From assembly GCA_040756875.1 (NCBI GenBank), contig JBFLYH010000001.1:1308878-1372877 (forward strand): DNA of 64,000 nt, read 5' to 3'. Both the position numbers and the translations under genes were made by a program. The DNA comes from a candidate division FCPU426 bacterium (GTDB lineage Bacteria > Oederibacteriota > JAAXVQ01 > JAUVAV01). Position 1 is the stretch's first letter. Each line of letters starts with the position of its first letter. Of this stretch, positions 41,501 through 52,303 are shown in pieces. The notes under the pieces were generated by a model. It was not told where the DNA came from. It searched no databases and saw nothing but the letters and a program-made list of their open reading frames with translations.

Positions 41501-42368
41501 TATTTTTTATAGTACTTCTCCCAAAACCACTGATTTCGACGCCATAATTTAAGTAGCCAGCTATTATGTTGCCATAACCATCTTGTGAAAGACCAATACA
41601 ATGACCTTTGGAACTCTCATATATACGAATTCCTATCGATATATTCAGTCTCGTTGATTGATCCGCGGATAGTCCTATGATATTTCCACATACACTATTC
41701 CCATAGCTTGACCCTCGGACATCTACAGCCGGAAATCCTCTGATGACATTGCCTTCACCATTATTTTTATTCCCTCCAACCATATTTTGAAAAGTATTCC
41801 CTTCAATATTTATACCAACACCTGTGCCAAGCCCTGTCGCACCATCGCTAAGGAGACCAATATAATTACCCCGTATAGTATTTCTATGTGCATTGCCCGT
41901 TATATCAAGTCCTGTTCCCATCATGTTTCTTTCGGAAGCAATGTTTCCACCGATATCATTATAGGAGCCTGAAATAGATATCCCATTTTCCATAAAGGTA
42001 GAGCCAATGATCCGATTGCAATTGGACTGTACCTCTACGCCGCTATAATTAAAAATTACGCCACTAATGGTACTTCCATCACTATCAGGAATTAAAATAA
42101 ATCGTCCGCCGCCAATAACCTGTGTTTTGGCACCTGAAATAAATACCCGATCTGAAATATTCAAGTCGCTAAACACAACCAATGAATTCCCGACGCTAAA
42201 ATTAATAACATCAGGACCTGGGACACCATTAGCTTGGCTTACTGCCCAACGTAAGGTGCCCGGTATAAGTAAATTATCCTCAAGACTAGTAACAGTAAAA
42301 ACATCAGAATGAGCCGAAATAGCAAGAAAAAGTAGTAACGATGTCAGTGGAACGAAAACACATTTCAT
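38553..42368 (-). CDS. Large secreted protein: beta-helix repeats, Ig-like domain, FG-GAP-like propeller and T9SS-type CTD
   Basis: GTLRWAV..AN, GNYIG/N.ISGN repeats, GDGN.DG..EVY repeats, APNP...LANGVY...KIALIK. Confidence 0.85.
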   Translation of the reverse strand: MKCVFVPLTSLLLFLAISAHSDVFTVTSLEDNLLIPGTLRWAVSQANGVPGPDVINFSVGNSLVVFSDLNISDRVFISGAKTQVIGGGRFILIPDSDGSTISGVIFNYSGVEVQSNCNRIIGSTFMENGISISGSYNDIGGNIASERNMMGTGLDITGNAHRNTIRGNYIGLLSDGATGLGTGVGINIEGNTFQNMVGGNKNNGEGNVIRGFPAVDVRGSSYGNSVCGNIIGLSADQSTRLNISIGIRIYESSKGHCIGLSQDGYGNIIAGYLNYGVEISGFGRSTIKNNLIGLSESNGTFGGMRGLYIHDTIACVVGGVRSAGQYNKNIISNNSYAGIEVYQSSNNTICGNYIGLTVDGSASAGNQRGIYINNGYDNLIGGFEISGGSLYGNIISGNQSGIGLYYGGGNTIAGNYIGLNAAGNAAVPNTSYGINDDRSVNTLIGGPSSELRNVISGNPYGIYLSQNAHNTQIWGNYIGTNASGTGQVSNTTYAIFVQNTNNTEIGGTSIEKRNVICGTGTAIRVAGSMNTTIYNNLLGLLPNYNYPSQNLTSGIVIDSNSQTGFIGRRSISNSGNLIRGTGTGISISGVNSDYNEFVGNTICNFSTAGISLAGDGANQNKASPAILSPADVALIQGTTSGSNDFIEVFISDRGAGQYGGSLRSVGTTTAVSGNWSLVPTGLSGGEYVCAIATDSSGNSSGFSLNQLVQVPTPTVTPTQTPTPTATPATQVLVHSLAPEYYYSNRAGTFTLRGKALQNPLTIKLVKSGVTDRAATSINIVSQELATCSFDLTGLPAGNYNVQAQIPGSQSELQNALTIISEIVPPINWTVADLGQAGITAQTSIRRGLTLGDGNNDRQRELYSAGLLQNLLQYKCTGASDWGITQLPTGPIGEYYTDVIVFDKDNDGQNEVYGSTLDHHVYGFSGTNWVNREDSGDLGYAVNALAYGDGNNDDILELYIATENGDVIESQYNGTGWSSNIIGNATGKMMDLAVGDGNQDGENEVYVACEDKNLYQLKFNGSTWAKTIVATGGDDMLSVAIGDGNQDGSNEVYCTNLDGKIYQCKWTSTFFWNITQVADQTSRDLLVGDADNDGTQEVYIAAINGHVCQCKYANSQWSNQDLGSAPAELYALVSGDGDNDYQLELYALAGDSHVYQIKASHSQPTPTPTKTPVPDFDGQIISKNYVYAAPNPIRGHIAKIHIMTLQPAEVSVKMYTITNKEVMSFNRNYSTGMQIESVNMSNLANGVYFLLVKARAANGAEEKVLKKIALIK

Positions 42369-42458
42369 ATTTATTTCCCCTTTTTCATTGTATCAATTGT
42401 TGTATATATATAATTGTTTAGACTGGATTAAGCCACTTTCAATGCGTTTATTCATAAA

Positions 42459-42487
42459 AAAAGGGCGGCTCGGATGAGCCGCCCTTG
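42459..42487 (-). terminator. Rho-independent terminator
   Basis: AAGGGCGGCTC/GAGCCGCCCTT stem followed by a U-tract on the minus strand. Confidence 0.8.
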
Positions 42488-42507
42488 ATAATCATTAAAA
42501 AATAGTA

Positions 42508-43938
42508 CTAATACCCTAAAATTGAAGTAGAACTACTTTGGAAGTTATCGTCGTCCATCAATAATACACCATCGCCAGCAGGTGGTGTTTGGTCAAGGGA
42601 AATGCCGTCCGACGAACGCACTTCCTTGCGCACGGTCAGGTAAACGTCCATGTTCCCCGATCCCCAAGGTGTTATTTTCAACGGCACATAAACATAGACA
42701 ATAGGATTGGGGGCTGTGGAATTATCCAGCGAAATAGAGGCCGGTACAATCGGTATACCATGTGAGGCGTTCCATAATAAAAAGTAATTGTTATTCACAT
42801 AAGCAGGATCCAAAATACCGATGCCGGTCGGAACATTGATGGTAACGGTATAACGGCGAAGCGTGGAATTGTAAATTGCCGAAACCACATAAACCCGGGG
42901 TATATTTTGCGCTTCACCGGTTTGGGTCATGAATACCGCTGGTTCAGTGTCATCACTGGCTTCGGCATCGCCGTCATCATCACCATCAAAATAAAAATGA
43001 TTGGAAAGCCTCGTAGCTGCGCCGCCTGTTGACCTGATGCCGTTTAACCCGCCTTTTAGCTTAAACAGGTATTTGGAACTGGGCTGGAGATTATTGAACA
43101 CCAATTGCAGGGTATCATCCGGATAGGCGGTTGAAAAAACCGATATACTCAGCGGAGTGATTGGGTTGTTGTTGGCATCCGTAAAAACCACGTTTGAGTG
43201 AAGGGTGTTCGATCCCGTGGAAAAAGTGTTCGGGTCCATGGCAAAATCCGCCGGCACACCGCCGGTGGTGGAGAATTGGACGGTTATCGTTATATGACTG
43301 TATGTGGCGCTGATATAGCCTACATTATCCCCAAAATTGAAACTGGTGCCCGGCGGATTGGCGTTAGAGGCCCAAACGGCCGATAAGACGTTGACCGCCT
43401 TGTTTTTGCTGGTATAAGTAAAAGCCGGGGTTCCCAAAGAAAGCGAAATATTGTAATTGTCGAATTCCTCGGACTCGGGTATGTTGTTCCCGTTTCCATC
43501 CAACTGGGCGCCAGCCACGCTGTGCACGCTGGTTCGTATTTCCACCCGATAAGCAGTGTTATCCGCCCATACCCCGCCCGTGGTAGGCGTAAAAACCACG
43601 GTCTGGGCTGAAGCGACGTAGCTTAACGTATAATTATTATAAAGAGCTTCCGTGAGGCCGTCTGCCGATAAAGTATAGACCCGAATATTATTGGTATTCA
43701 CCGTGGCCAAGTCCAAGGGAAGGTTGAACCTTACCCGGGCAGTTTCAGACACCGAGGAAGGAATTACACTGCCCGAAAGCGTCGTCGTCAGTAAAATGGA
43801 TCCATTTGTATCGCCGGCTGTATTTCGTTTGATTTCCGGGCTCAAAGGCCCAGACACTTGGGCGCAGGAGCTGAGGTACACGGCCGCGCCGGCCGCCAAA
43901 CCGACTAGGGCCAAAACCCCCGAGATTCTTTTCAGCAT
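42508..43938 (-). CDS. Lipoprotein with Ig-like (SbsA/Big_5-like) domains, paralog 2
   Basis: Lipobox YLSSC; QLDGNGN and FDGDDDG acidic loops; paralog of 45839-47290. Confidence 0.8.
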   Translation of the reverse strand: MLKRISGVLALVGLAAGAAVYLSSCAQVSGPLSPEIKRNTAGDTNGSILLTTTLSGSVIPSSVSETARVRFNLPLDLATVNTNNIRVYTLSADGLTEALYNNYTLSYVASAQTVVFTPTTGGVWADNTAYRVEIRTSVHSVAGAQLDGNGNNIPESEEFDNYNISLSLGTPAFTYTSKNKAVNVLSAVWASNANPPGTSFNFGDNVGYISATYSHITITVQFSTTGGVPADFAMDPNTFSTGSNTLHSNVVFTDANNNPITPLSISVFSTAYPDDTLQLVFNNLQPSSKYLFKLKGGLNGIRSTGGAATRLSNHFYFDGDDDGDAEASDDTEPAVFMTQTGEAQNIPRVYVVSAIYNSTLRRYTVTINVPTGIGILDPAYVNNNYFLLWNASHGIPIVPASISLDNSTAPNPIVYVYVPLKITPWGSGNMDVYLTVRKEVRSSDGISLDQTPPAGDGVLLMDDDNFQSSSTSILGY

Positions 43939-43959
43939 GAGATCACGCTCCTCAGCATG

Positions 43960-45732
43960 TTAATAATACAAAGTAAAACTGGCGCAATACCGCCAGGGCT
44001 CGTCCGCAACGCTAAATCCGGTCAGGTCGATCTGCACCTGTTCCCACGGTTTCCAGGTCAGACCATAGGAAAAATCGGTGGAGAAATTGGTCTCCGCGGA
44101 TGAACGCTGTTCAGCATGCCAATCTCCGGTCAATGTGCTGAAGGTACTGCTGGTAAGATTGAAATCCTGCCGGCCGTCATCGTACGTGGTAACATAGGAT
44201 GGCACCGGGCCTTCCAAAACTTCACCGGTTTCAGTATCGGAGTATTGGTGGATATTGTATTGGGCCCCCACTTGCACTGAAAAATTCTTGAGAACGTCGA
44301 TTACGATCGCAAAGGGAAACTGCAGATAATAATCAACGCTCTTGGTTGTAGTCCGGCGTTTTTGATAGGCATTGTAAACCGTGGTGTAGTTCTGGGTGAT
44401 ATCGCCTTCATCGTGCCTTTGTATCTGCCGGGCCGTTATGGTTTCAGTGCGTTTGGAATCGCTGCCGCTGGCAATGCCATTGACGCCCGCGCCAATACGC
44501 CAGCCGGTGAATGGAAGCTGCGCGCGCAGCCTGGCTTCCGCCCAATTGAAGCCACCCTGCCCTTCATTTTTATGATCCTCAACGTACGAATAAGAATCAT
44601 TAGTAAATACCGGGATTCCGCTGTTGGTATTTAAATACTGGGAATTCTGGTTTGCCTCAGCATGATAGTCGGCGTTTTGCAGGGAGTAAGCGCTGCTTTC
44701 CACATTGATCCAGCCGGTCCAATTCACGCCCAAATAGGCGTAGTCAGCGCGCACCGTGGCATCGACGCCGAACCCGGACCTGGGAAGCGGGTAAGCACCG
44801 TAACCTTCTTCAAACCCGCTTTCCTCGTACTGGGACGAGTATGTGGAAATAATATTAGGATCGCTAGGCGAGTAATCCGCTGCATCTTCAAACTGGCTTT
44901 CAAGCTTGTTGCTGGTGTTTTCCAAATAGGGCCTGACATTGACCAACAAACCCAGACCGGGCATGAAGCCAAACGCATCCTGGGAACGGGCGGCTAAAAT
45001 CAAGCTCCAATCCGAATAGCCCCAATTCCAGGAGCCCGAGGATGAAAAATCATAATTCTGCGTTGGCCTGGGATTATTGGGGTCTGAAATGTCCACTTCC
45101 CTGTAGGTAGCCAGTTGGTCGAAGGCAAAATCCCCCATCCAGAACCAAGGATAAGGATTGTGCGTGGGATTGTTGTCGCTCCAGCTTCCCCTTACGCCGA
45201 TGCCCGCATCCAGACCGCCCAATCCCAGGCCATAAGCTGCATATATTTCACCTTCACTATAATTATCCTGGGCTTCGCTGCGGCTATATAATTCCTGGCG
45301 GGTTTCGATGATATTGTCGCCATTCACGTCAAAATAGAGCCTTTGTTCGCTTTCGCCAAAGCCGTAATGGGAAGTAGAATCATAATAACTATAATTCTCC
45401 ACAGGCGTAGAGTAGCCGTGCCAGTCCACCATAACACCCAGCCTGCCTGGGCCGATCAGGTCCGTGGTGCCACCGGCTTGCCACAGTTGATCGTTCGGAT
45501 TATAGTCGAAAATATAATCATTGCGGCTTCGCAGGTTGGAAAGCTGGCTCCAAATTGCGTTTTTACTGAAACTGGACAAATAAGCCGGGCTGTCCGTGAA
45601 TAAATCGTACATGTCCTCGAACATACCGGCCGTAGCCGCATATTGAAAAGACTGGTCCTGGAAAGCGGCGGCGCCGGAAACCAGCAAACCGCACGCCAGC
45701 CATGCCAGGAAAATCGCTCGCAGGGTTTTCAC
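43960..45732 (-). CDS. Probable outer-membrane beta-barrel protein, paralog 2
   Basis: Signal peptide, Tyr-rich amphipathic strands, terminal FTLYY; paralog of 47311-49095. Confidence 0.75.
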   Translation of the reverse strand: MKTLRAIFLAWLACGLLVSGAAAFQDQSFQYAATAGMFEDMYDLFTDSPAYLSSFSKNAIWSQLSNLRSRNDYIFDYNPNDQLWQAGGTTDLIGPGRLGVMVDWHGYSTPVENYSYYDSTSHYGFGESEQRLYFDVNGDNIIETRQELYSRSEAQDNYSEGEIYAAYGLGLGGLDAGIGVRGSWSDNNPTHNPYPWFWMGDFAFDQLATYREVDISDPNNPRPTQNYDFSSSGSWNWGYSDWSLILAARSQDAFGFMPGLGLLVNVRPYLENTSNKLESQFEDAADYSPSDPNIISTYSSQYEESGFEEGYGAYPLPRSGFGVDATVRADYAYLGVNWTGWINVESSAYSLQNADYHAEANQNSQYLNTNSGIPVFTNDSYSYVEDHKNEGQGGFNWAEARLRAQLPFTGWRIGAGVNGIASGSDSKRTETITARQIQRHDEGDITQNYTTVYNAYQKRRTTTKSVDYYLQFPFAIVIDVLKNFSVQVGAQYNIHQYSDTETGEVLEGPVPSYVTTYDDGRQDFNLTSSTFSTLTGDWHAEQRSSAETNFSTDFSYGLTWKPWEQVQIDLTGFSVADEPWRYCASFTLYY

Positions 45733-45792
45733 GTGCCCTCCCTCCTTCACGCCTGAATGCGGCGCGGGGTGTGTGGCAATGAATTCAGGGCA

Positions 45793-45831
45793 TGGTCCCA
45801 GCCTGCCGGCAAAGCCGGCAGGCTGGGACCA
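45793..45831. terminator. Perfect 18-bp hairpin between the two cassettes
   Basis: TGGTCCCAGCCTGCCGGC-AAA-GCCGGCAGGCTGGGACCA; no U-tract. Confidence 0.5.
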
Positions 45832-45838
45832 CTAATGC

Positions 45839-47290
45839 TTACTGATGGTTCTCGATCGTCACTGTCGTGGAATAAACGTCCGCAGGAGAGCCGATGACAC
45901 CGTCGGCATTGGTATCCATGCCGACTCCCTCTGCAGACTGCACGCCTTTAATAACTACGCGGACAGTGTGGTCATGATTGTTGCTGGAATCCTGCGAGAA
46001 TTTCTCCGGCACCCACACATACACTTCCGGCACTGGCGGAAGGGTGTTATTCAGCTCTATAGAAACCGGCACGATCGGTTTGTCGGGTTCGTCGCCCGCA
46101 ACATCCGTATCGTTCTCATCAATTAGAATGATCGTATTGTTATTCACTGTGCTTGGATTCAAGGTTCCGGTGCCAACGCCCGGGGGAACCTGGAATTGAA
46201 TGTACACTCTGCGCAGGGTCGAATTATAAAAAACACCGTTGACTGCCAAACTGGGCATGGCCGAATTGTCCACATTAGCAGTCATGATTGTAGCGGTTTT
46301 CCAATCATCCGACGCCTCGGCGCCATTGGCAAAATTTCCATCAAATAGCAATCCTTTGGTAACTGCCGCATTGGCAGCAGACGAAGTGCGGATGCCGTTA
46401 TATCCACCCTTTAAAGTGATGTAATACTTACTGGCTGGTTGCAGGGCCAGTTCAATGGTCAAGGTCTGGTTTTGTGCTCCGCTCAGGGTCACATTTGCAG
46501 GAGTCAAGCGGGTCCCATTCGCGTCTGTAATGTTAATGTTGGGATTAAGGGTTGTCGCATCTTGGAAGACAGATGACTGATCAATTGCAAAGTTGGGATC
46601 TACATACCCGATGTAAGTGAAATCAAATCCAACAGTTATAGTAACATAATTATACACTGCCGCGAGCCCCCCCACATATCCACCGGGAGTTAAATAAGCC
46701 GTGACTGCTCCTGCTGTAACAGTAAGGCTAGAATAGGTTCGTATATATCCTCGAGGATCCACGTAATTTGTCGGTGGGGTTCCGAGAGTAAATAAAAGAT
46801 GAGTATTGTCAAAAGTTGGATCTTCCGGAATCCCATTACCATTGCCATCCAGCTGATTGCCAGTCACACTCTGGCAGGCTGTGGTAATTACTATATGATA
46901 ACGCGAGTCATTGGTCCAAACGCCACCATTGGGAGTGATAGTAGCTTGCTGTGCTGCCGCGTTATATGTCACAGTATAGTTTAGAAGGTTTTCTGATAAT
47001 CCGTCAGCACTTTGCTGATAAACCAAGATAGTGCTGGCGCTGATGGTCGACGGATTCATTGGTTTCGTGAAAGAAATTTGAGCTGTCTGTGAAACCGAAA
47101 TCGGGAGTACTGGCATAGGAGGAGTAGTAACAATTTGTGGCATAGTTTTTTCCGTCGTTGTGCTATTGCTGTTAAGCACCTTCAAATCCGGATTAAGAGG
47201 CCCGGCTTGCTGGGCGCAAGAGCTGAGATACAGGGCCGCACCGGCAGCCAACCCGACTACGGCCAATCCGCTTAGTAGTTTCTTCATCAT
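45839..47290 (-). CDS. Lipoprotein with Ig-like (SbsA/Big_5-like) domains, paralog 1
   Basis: Lipobox YLSSC; F.KPMNPSTI, QLDGNGNG and DTNADG motifs. Confidence 0.8.
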   Translation of the reverse strand: MMKKLLSGLAVVGLAAGAALYLSSCAQQAGPLNPDLKVLNSNSTTTEKTMPQIVTTPPMPVLPISVSQTAQISFTKPMNPSTISASTILVYQQSADGLSENLLNYTVTYNAAAQQATITPNGGVWTNDSRYHIVITTACQSVTGNQLDGNGNGIPEDPTFDNTHLLFTLGTPPTNYVDPRGYIRTYSSLTVTAGAVTAYLTPGGYVGGLAAVYNYVTITVGFDFTYIGYVDPNFAIDQSSVFQDATTLNPNINITDANGTRLTPANVTLSGAQNQTLTIELALQPASKYYITLKGGYNGIRTSSAANAAVTKGLLFDGNFANGAEASDDWKTATIMTANVDNSAMPSLAVNGVFYNSTLRRVYIQFQVPPGVGTGTLNPSTVNNNTIILIDENDTDVAGDEPDKPIVPVSIELNNTLPPVPEVYVWVPEKFSQDSSNNHDHTVRVVIKGVQSAEGVGMDTNADGVIGSPADVYSTTVTIENHQ

Positions 47291-47310
47291 CGGTTCGCGC
47301 TCCTTTCCGA

Positions 47311-49095
47311 TTAGTAGTACAGGTTGATGGAGAACCGGTACAGATACAGGTAGGTGAGGTAAGTCAAATAGGTGAAGTCAACTCGCACCTGTTCGTACGG
47401 CCACCAGGTTACGCCATAGCTGAACTGGTTGTCATGCGTAACGTCATAACGCGACGTCTGGCTCATCTCTGTAAAAGAGGTGTTGCCAGGACCCGTGGTT
47501 GTGACGACGTTCGCATCCGTGGTGCGGACTGTGGTCGCCAGCCGGCGGTCTTTGGTGGTGCTGTTGGTGGTGATGGATTTCATGGTGATCTGGTGGTTGA
47601 CGCCCACCTGCACGTGGAAATTCTTGAGGAACTTGAAGTTGAACGCCACGGGCAGGTCAATGGTGTTGATGACCACGTCGGAAACGCTGTCAATCTTGTA
47701 GCCCGAGGAAGTCGCTTCCGTAAAATCCGTGGTGGGATCGGCAACCGTTTCGTATTCCACGTGGCGGCGGTTGGCCGTTACGTCCACGACTCTCGTGGTT
47801 TCGAGTTTGGATTGTTCGGAACAGAAAGAAGCGCCCAGCCCGAAGTCAAAACCATCGGTCGGGAAAACGATGCGCGCGCGGGCCAGGATCGTGGTCCCGC
47901 TGTCACTGCCTTCCCAGGTGCTGGCGGTCTTGGAATTGACCGCATCCGTAACCAGGATGTTCTCCGTGCCGTTGAATTGCGTGGTGCGCGCTAGCATGTC
48001 CGTGGTCGAATCGTTCTTGGAGTCGCCGGTGGCGATCGGAATGCCGACCGTGCCGAATCCGAGCCAGCCGGTGAAGTTGATGCCCGGCTGAATGACCCAG
48101 TCCAGGCGGGCGTCAGCGCCTACGCCAATGCCCGTGCCCGGGAAGTAGTTGTACCCTTCTTCGATACCCACCTTTTTATAGGTGCGGGAAAAATCCGAAT
48201 ACAGGTTGGGGTCATTCGGGGAGTTGTCATAGCTTTCCTCGTATTTCCAGTCCAGCTTGTTCGACTTGGAAGCCATGATCCCCTTCAAATTGGCCGTCAG
48301 GTCCATATTGGGCATGAACCCGGGCATGCGCCCGCCGAGGATCAGGGCCCAGCTGCTGGAGCCGTAATCAAGGGTACCGGTGCCTTCGGCATCGCTGCGG
48401 TATTGCAAAATCGGGTTGTTTGGATTGGTGACATCATATTGTTTGTCGGTGGCAATCCAGTCGAAGGACCCGTCGTAGTTGCCGTGGATGGTCGCGTGGG
48501 TGCCGCTGCTGATGTAATCATCCCAGCTCGGCACATTGGAGTTCCACATGCCACGGATGGCTGCGCCCACTTCCATACCCATGAACCCGCCCAGGCCGTA
48601 CGCCGCATAGATATCGCTTTGGGAATTGTTGTTGGTTTCCTCGCTGCGACCGTAGGTTTCCCGGCGAAGGTCAACGACACTGTCGCTGTCCGTATCGCGG
48701 TATTCTATATTTTCATATTCAGCCAGCCCGTTGTACGTGGTGGTCACGTTCCAGGTCCGGGTGGTTTGCGGCGCAACTGACGCCCACCAGTCGAACATGA
48801 GGCCTGCCCGGCCCATGCCCATCATGTCATTTGTGCCGCCGATCAAATACCAGTCATTGCTGGCATTGTTGACAATGCGGTCAACGCGGTCATGCAGGTT
48901 GGAGAGCTGCCCCCAAAAGGCATTTTTCTGGAAAGTAGGAAGATAAGCCGGGCTGTATTTGAACAGATCGTACATTTCCTCGAAGATACCGACTGAGGCT
49001 GCATTCAGGAAGGATTGGTCAACTGAGGCAAGTGCTGAGGAACTGATAAAACCGGTTAGGAGTACTGCAGCGGATAGAGCTAAAAGCTTTTTCAC
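47311..49095 (-). CDS. Probable outer-membrane beta-barrel protein, paralog 1
   Basis: GTG start after AGGAGG; signal peptide; terminal FSINLYY. Confidence 0.75.
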   Translation of the reverse strand: MKKLLALSAAVLLTGFISSSALASVDQSFLNAASVGIFEEMYDLFKYSPAYLPTFQKNAFWGQLSNLHDRVDRIVNNASNDWYLIGGTNDMMGMGRAGLMFDWWASVAPQTTRTWNVTTTYNGLAEYENIEYRDTDSDSVVDLRRETYGRSEETNNNSQSDIYAAYGLGGFMGMEVGAAIRGMWNSNVPSWDDYISSGTHATIHGNYDGSFDWIATDKQYDVTNPNNPILQYRSDAEGTGTLDYGSSSWALILGGRMPGFMPNMDLTANLKGIMASKSNKLDWKYEESYDNSPNDPNLYSDFSRTYKKVGIEEGYNYFPGTGIGVGADARLDWVIQPGINFTGWLGFGTVGIPIATGDSKNDSTTDMLARTTQFNGTENILVTDAVNSKTASTWEGSDSGTTILARARIVFPTDGFDFGLGASFCSEQSKLETTRVVDVTANRRHVEYETVADPTTDFTEATSSGYKIDSVSDVVINTIDLPVAFNFKFLKNFHVQVGVNHQITMKSITTNSTTKDRRLATTVRTTDANVVTTTGPGNTSFTEMSQTSRYDVTHDNQFSYGVTWWPYEQVRVDFTYLTYLTYLYLYRFSINLYY

Positions 49096-49333
49096 GTAGT
49101 GTCCTCCTTTCAAGGCTCTATTATGATTTAAGTTGCTATTAAAAACCTTTTGGGAAGCCCCCTCCTCTCATCTTTTTCGATAGGTTGAATGGCTGTTGAA
49201 ACGCAGAGATTCCTTTTTAAGCTAATACCCGAATAATTGCAACCTTTTTTTTACAATTTTTAAAACCTCGTTCTTCGCTTTTGAAATCGTACGGTTGTAT
49301 AATAAATGCCAAGTCCGCGAAAGGCGCGAGCGC

Positions 49334-49951
49334 ATGCCCCTACTGGCATTTATTCTCGATTTAGGCCGTCAGGCAAGCCGCACCCTGGACGCCTGGTTCA
49401 AGCCGCGCAGCTTGTTTCAGGAACTGGCTGCAACCCAGGACATGCGGCCTGCCTGGATGACCCTGGCTATTACCTCATTATTATTCTCACTATCTACGCT
49501 TTTAGCCCGCCTGCACCATGTCCCCGTAACCGCCGAACCTCCGTTTCCCTGTTCTGATTATCGATTATGGCAGGCTTCGGCCATGCCAATAATCCTAGCT
49601 GCGGGCTGGGGGGGTTGTGCTGTCACGGCTTGGGTTTTAAGCCGCCTCCTGCGAAGCGAAACCGGCCTGGTGCCATTGCTGGCCGTGAGCGCACCTGCGC
49701 TCTTTACGCCCCAATGGCTGACCTGGCCCCTGGAACTGGCGTGGTCCCTGGGTTTGTTTCCCTTGGACGCGCCCGGTTTTCAGGGCCTGTGGATCAGGAA
49801 CTTGGCCCCGGCTTTTACCATGTTATATATGCTGGGTTTGCTGTGGGTCGCCTGGTGGCAGGCCTGCCGGCTGCTGCTGCGCGAAGCCTTTGCCCTGGCA
49901 GTCCTCTCCCTGCTCCCTGCCCTGGGGTTGTGGTCATTATTATTAAGGTAA
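49334..49951 (+). CDS. Membrane protein (Yip1-like, about 5 TM)
   Basis: P..LF..L N-terminal pattern followed by hydrophobic helices. Confidence 0.6.
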   Translation: MPLLAFILDLGRQASRTLDAWFKPRSLFQELAATQDMRPAWMTLAITSLLFSLSTLLARLHHVPVTAEPPFPCSDYRLWQASAMPIILAAGWGGCAVTAWVLSRLLRSETGLVPLLAVSAPALFTPQWLTWPLELAWSLGLFPLDAPGFQGLWIRNLAPAFTMLYMLGLLWVAWWQACRLLLREAFALAVLSLLPALGLWSLLLR

Positions 49952-50049
49952 CGCGGTTGACATCCCAACCAAATCAGGAGTCAGGAAGAGGGTGGTAAAA
50001 GCCCGGAACGAAGAAACAATGGCAGGCTGACCTTATACTTAGCTTAACT

Positions 50050-50973
50050 TTAAAACTTCACGCTCAAGCTGATGAGGTTTTCGGTTTCGAAGTCCTCATC
50101 TTCCCAAAATTGCGGTTGCAGGGCGTAATCCAGGGACAGATCCGCCTTGCCGGCCTTGAAACGGAACCCAACGCCAAAGGACATGCCCTGCACGCTGCGG
50201 TCCTGCGAATGGGAATAGCCCAGGCGCAAGGCCAGCACCCGGCGGAACCAGTATTCCGAACCCAAATGCAGGGTCCAATTTTCATCCGGCGCGAGATAAG
50301 AAACGTCCGCCGCTGTCCGGAGTTCATGCGGGAGCTGATTGATCAACGCATAACAGACCCCGAACTGGGCGGTCAGGGGCAACGGATCTTCTTCCGACCG
50401 GAATACCACCGGCGTGCCCAAATTGCGGATCACGCCGCCCAGAGTGAGGCCCTCCTGCAAGGCATACTGCGCACCCAGATCAAACGCCAGGGCCGACGTG
50501 TCCACCGGCCCCAGGGTCAGCGCCGCGATTTTGGCATTCAGCCCCACGCTGAGCGCGGAGGAAAAGGCGCGCGCAAACGTCAGCCCGTAGACCATGTCCT
50601 TGACCGGGACCGACGGTTCTCCAGGCACGTTGTTGTCGATGGACGGCTGGCCGCGGTAGAGCGCCTGGATGCCCATGACTCCCAATCCGGACAGGGGCAT
50701 GGCCGCTGTCAGCATTTCCGTGGACAATCCTTCCAGCCCGCCCACGTGCATGAACAGAATCTCGATTTTTTCCAAATCATAGAGTCCAGCCGGATTGACC
50801 TCAATGCTGCATAACTCCCCGCTGCTGGCCGCGAAGGCGTTGCCCATGCCGGCCGGGCGGGCGCTGCTGCGTTGCTGCAACACCTGGGCGCCGCTCAAAC
50901 CCGGCCCGGCTGCGGCAATCGAGGCCGACCCCAACAAGACGGTGGCGGTTAGAATCAATGCGGTTTTCTTCAT
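50050..50973 (-). CDS. PorV/PorQ-family (FadL-like) outer-membrane barrel
   Basis: SARPAGMGNAF, NPAGL, AFDLG, NLG, DPLPL, LALRLGY and terminal SVKF. Confidence 0.85.
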   Translation of the reverse strand: MKKTALILTATVLLGSASIAAAGPGLSGAQVLQQRSSARPAGMGNAFAASSGELCSIEVNPAGLYDLEKIEILFMHVGGLEGLSTEMLTAAMPLSGLGVMGIQALYRGQPSIDNNVPGEPSVPVKDMVYGLTFARAFSSALSVGLNAKIAALTLGPVDTSALAFDLGAQYALQEGLTLGGVIRNLGTPVVFRSEEDPLPLTAQFGVCYALINQLPHELRTAADVSYLAPDENWTLHLGSEYWFRRVLALRLGYSHSQDRSVQGMSFGVGFRFKAGKADLSLDYALQPQFWEDEDFETENLISLSVKF

Positions 50974-51013
50974 GAAGCAGAGTCCTCCCATGGCAATGGC
51001 TGAGTGATTATAG

Positions 51014-52138
<1,125 letters not shown>

Positions 52139-52153
52139 AGCAACGATCGTTTT

Positions 52154-52207
52154 CCCGGCCAGACCTGCCTTCCGTCCGTAGGAGCACGGGCGGAAGGCAG
52201 GGCCGGG
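52154..52207. terminator. Long GC-rich hairpin after fba
   Basis: CTGCCTTCCGTCCGT/ACGGGCGGAAGGCAG inside a CCCGGCC/GGCCGGG stem. Confidence 0.5.
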
Positions 52208-52303
52208 CTGAAGGCTACATACTCCCCCGCAGACAACCGAAAATATGTATGGAATGTCCGGGCAGTCCCTGATACCCCGAAGGCTCCACAAGCGAGGCCA
52301 TCC

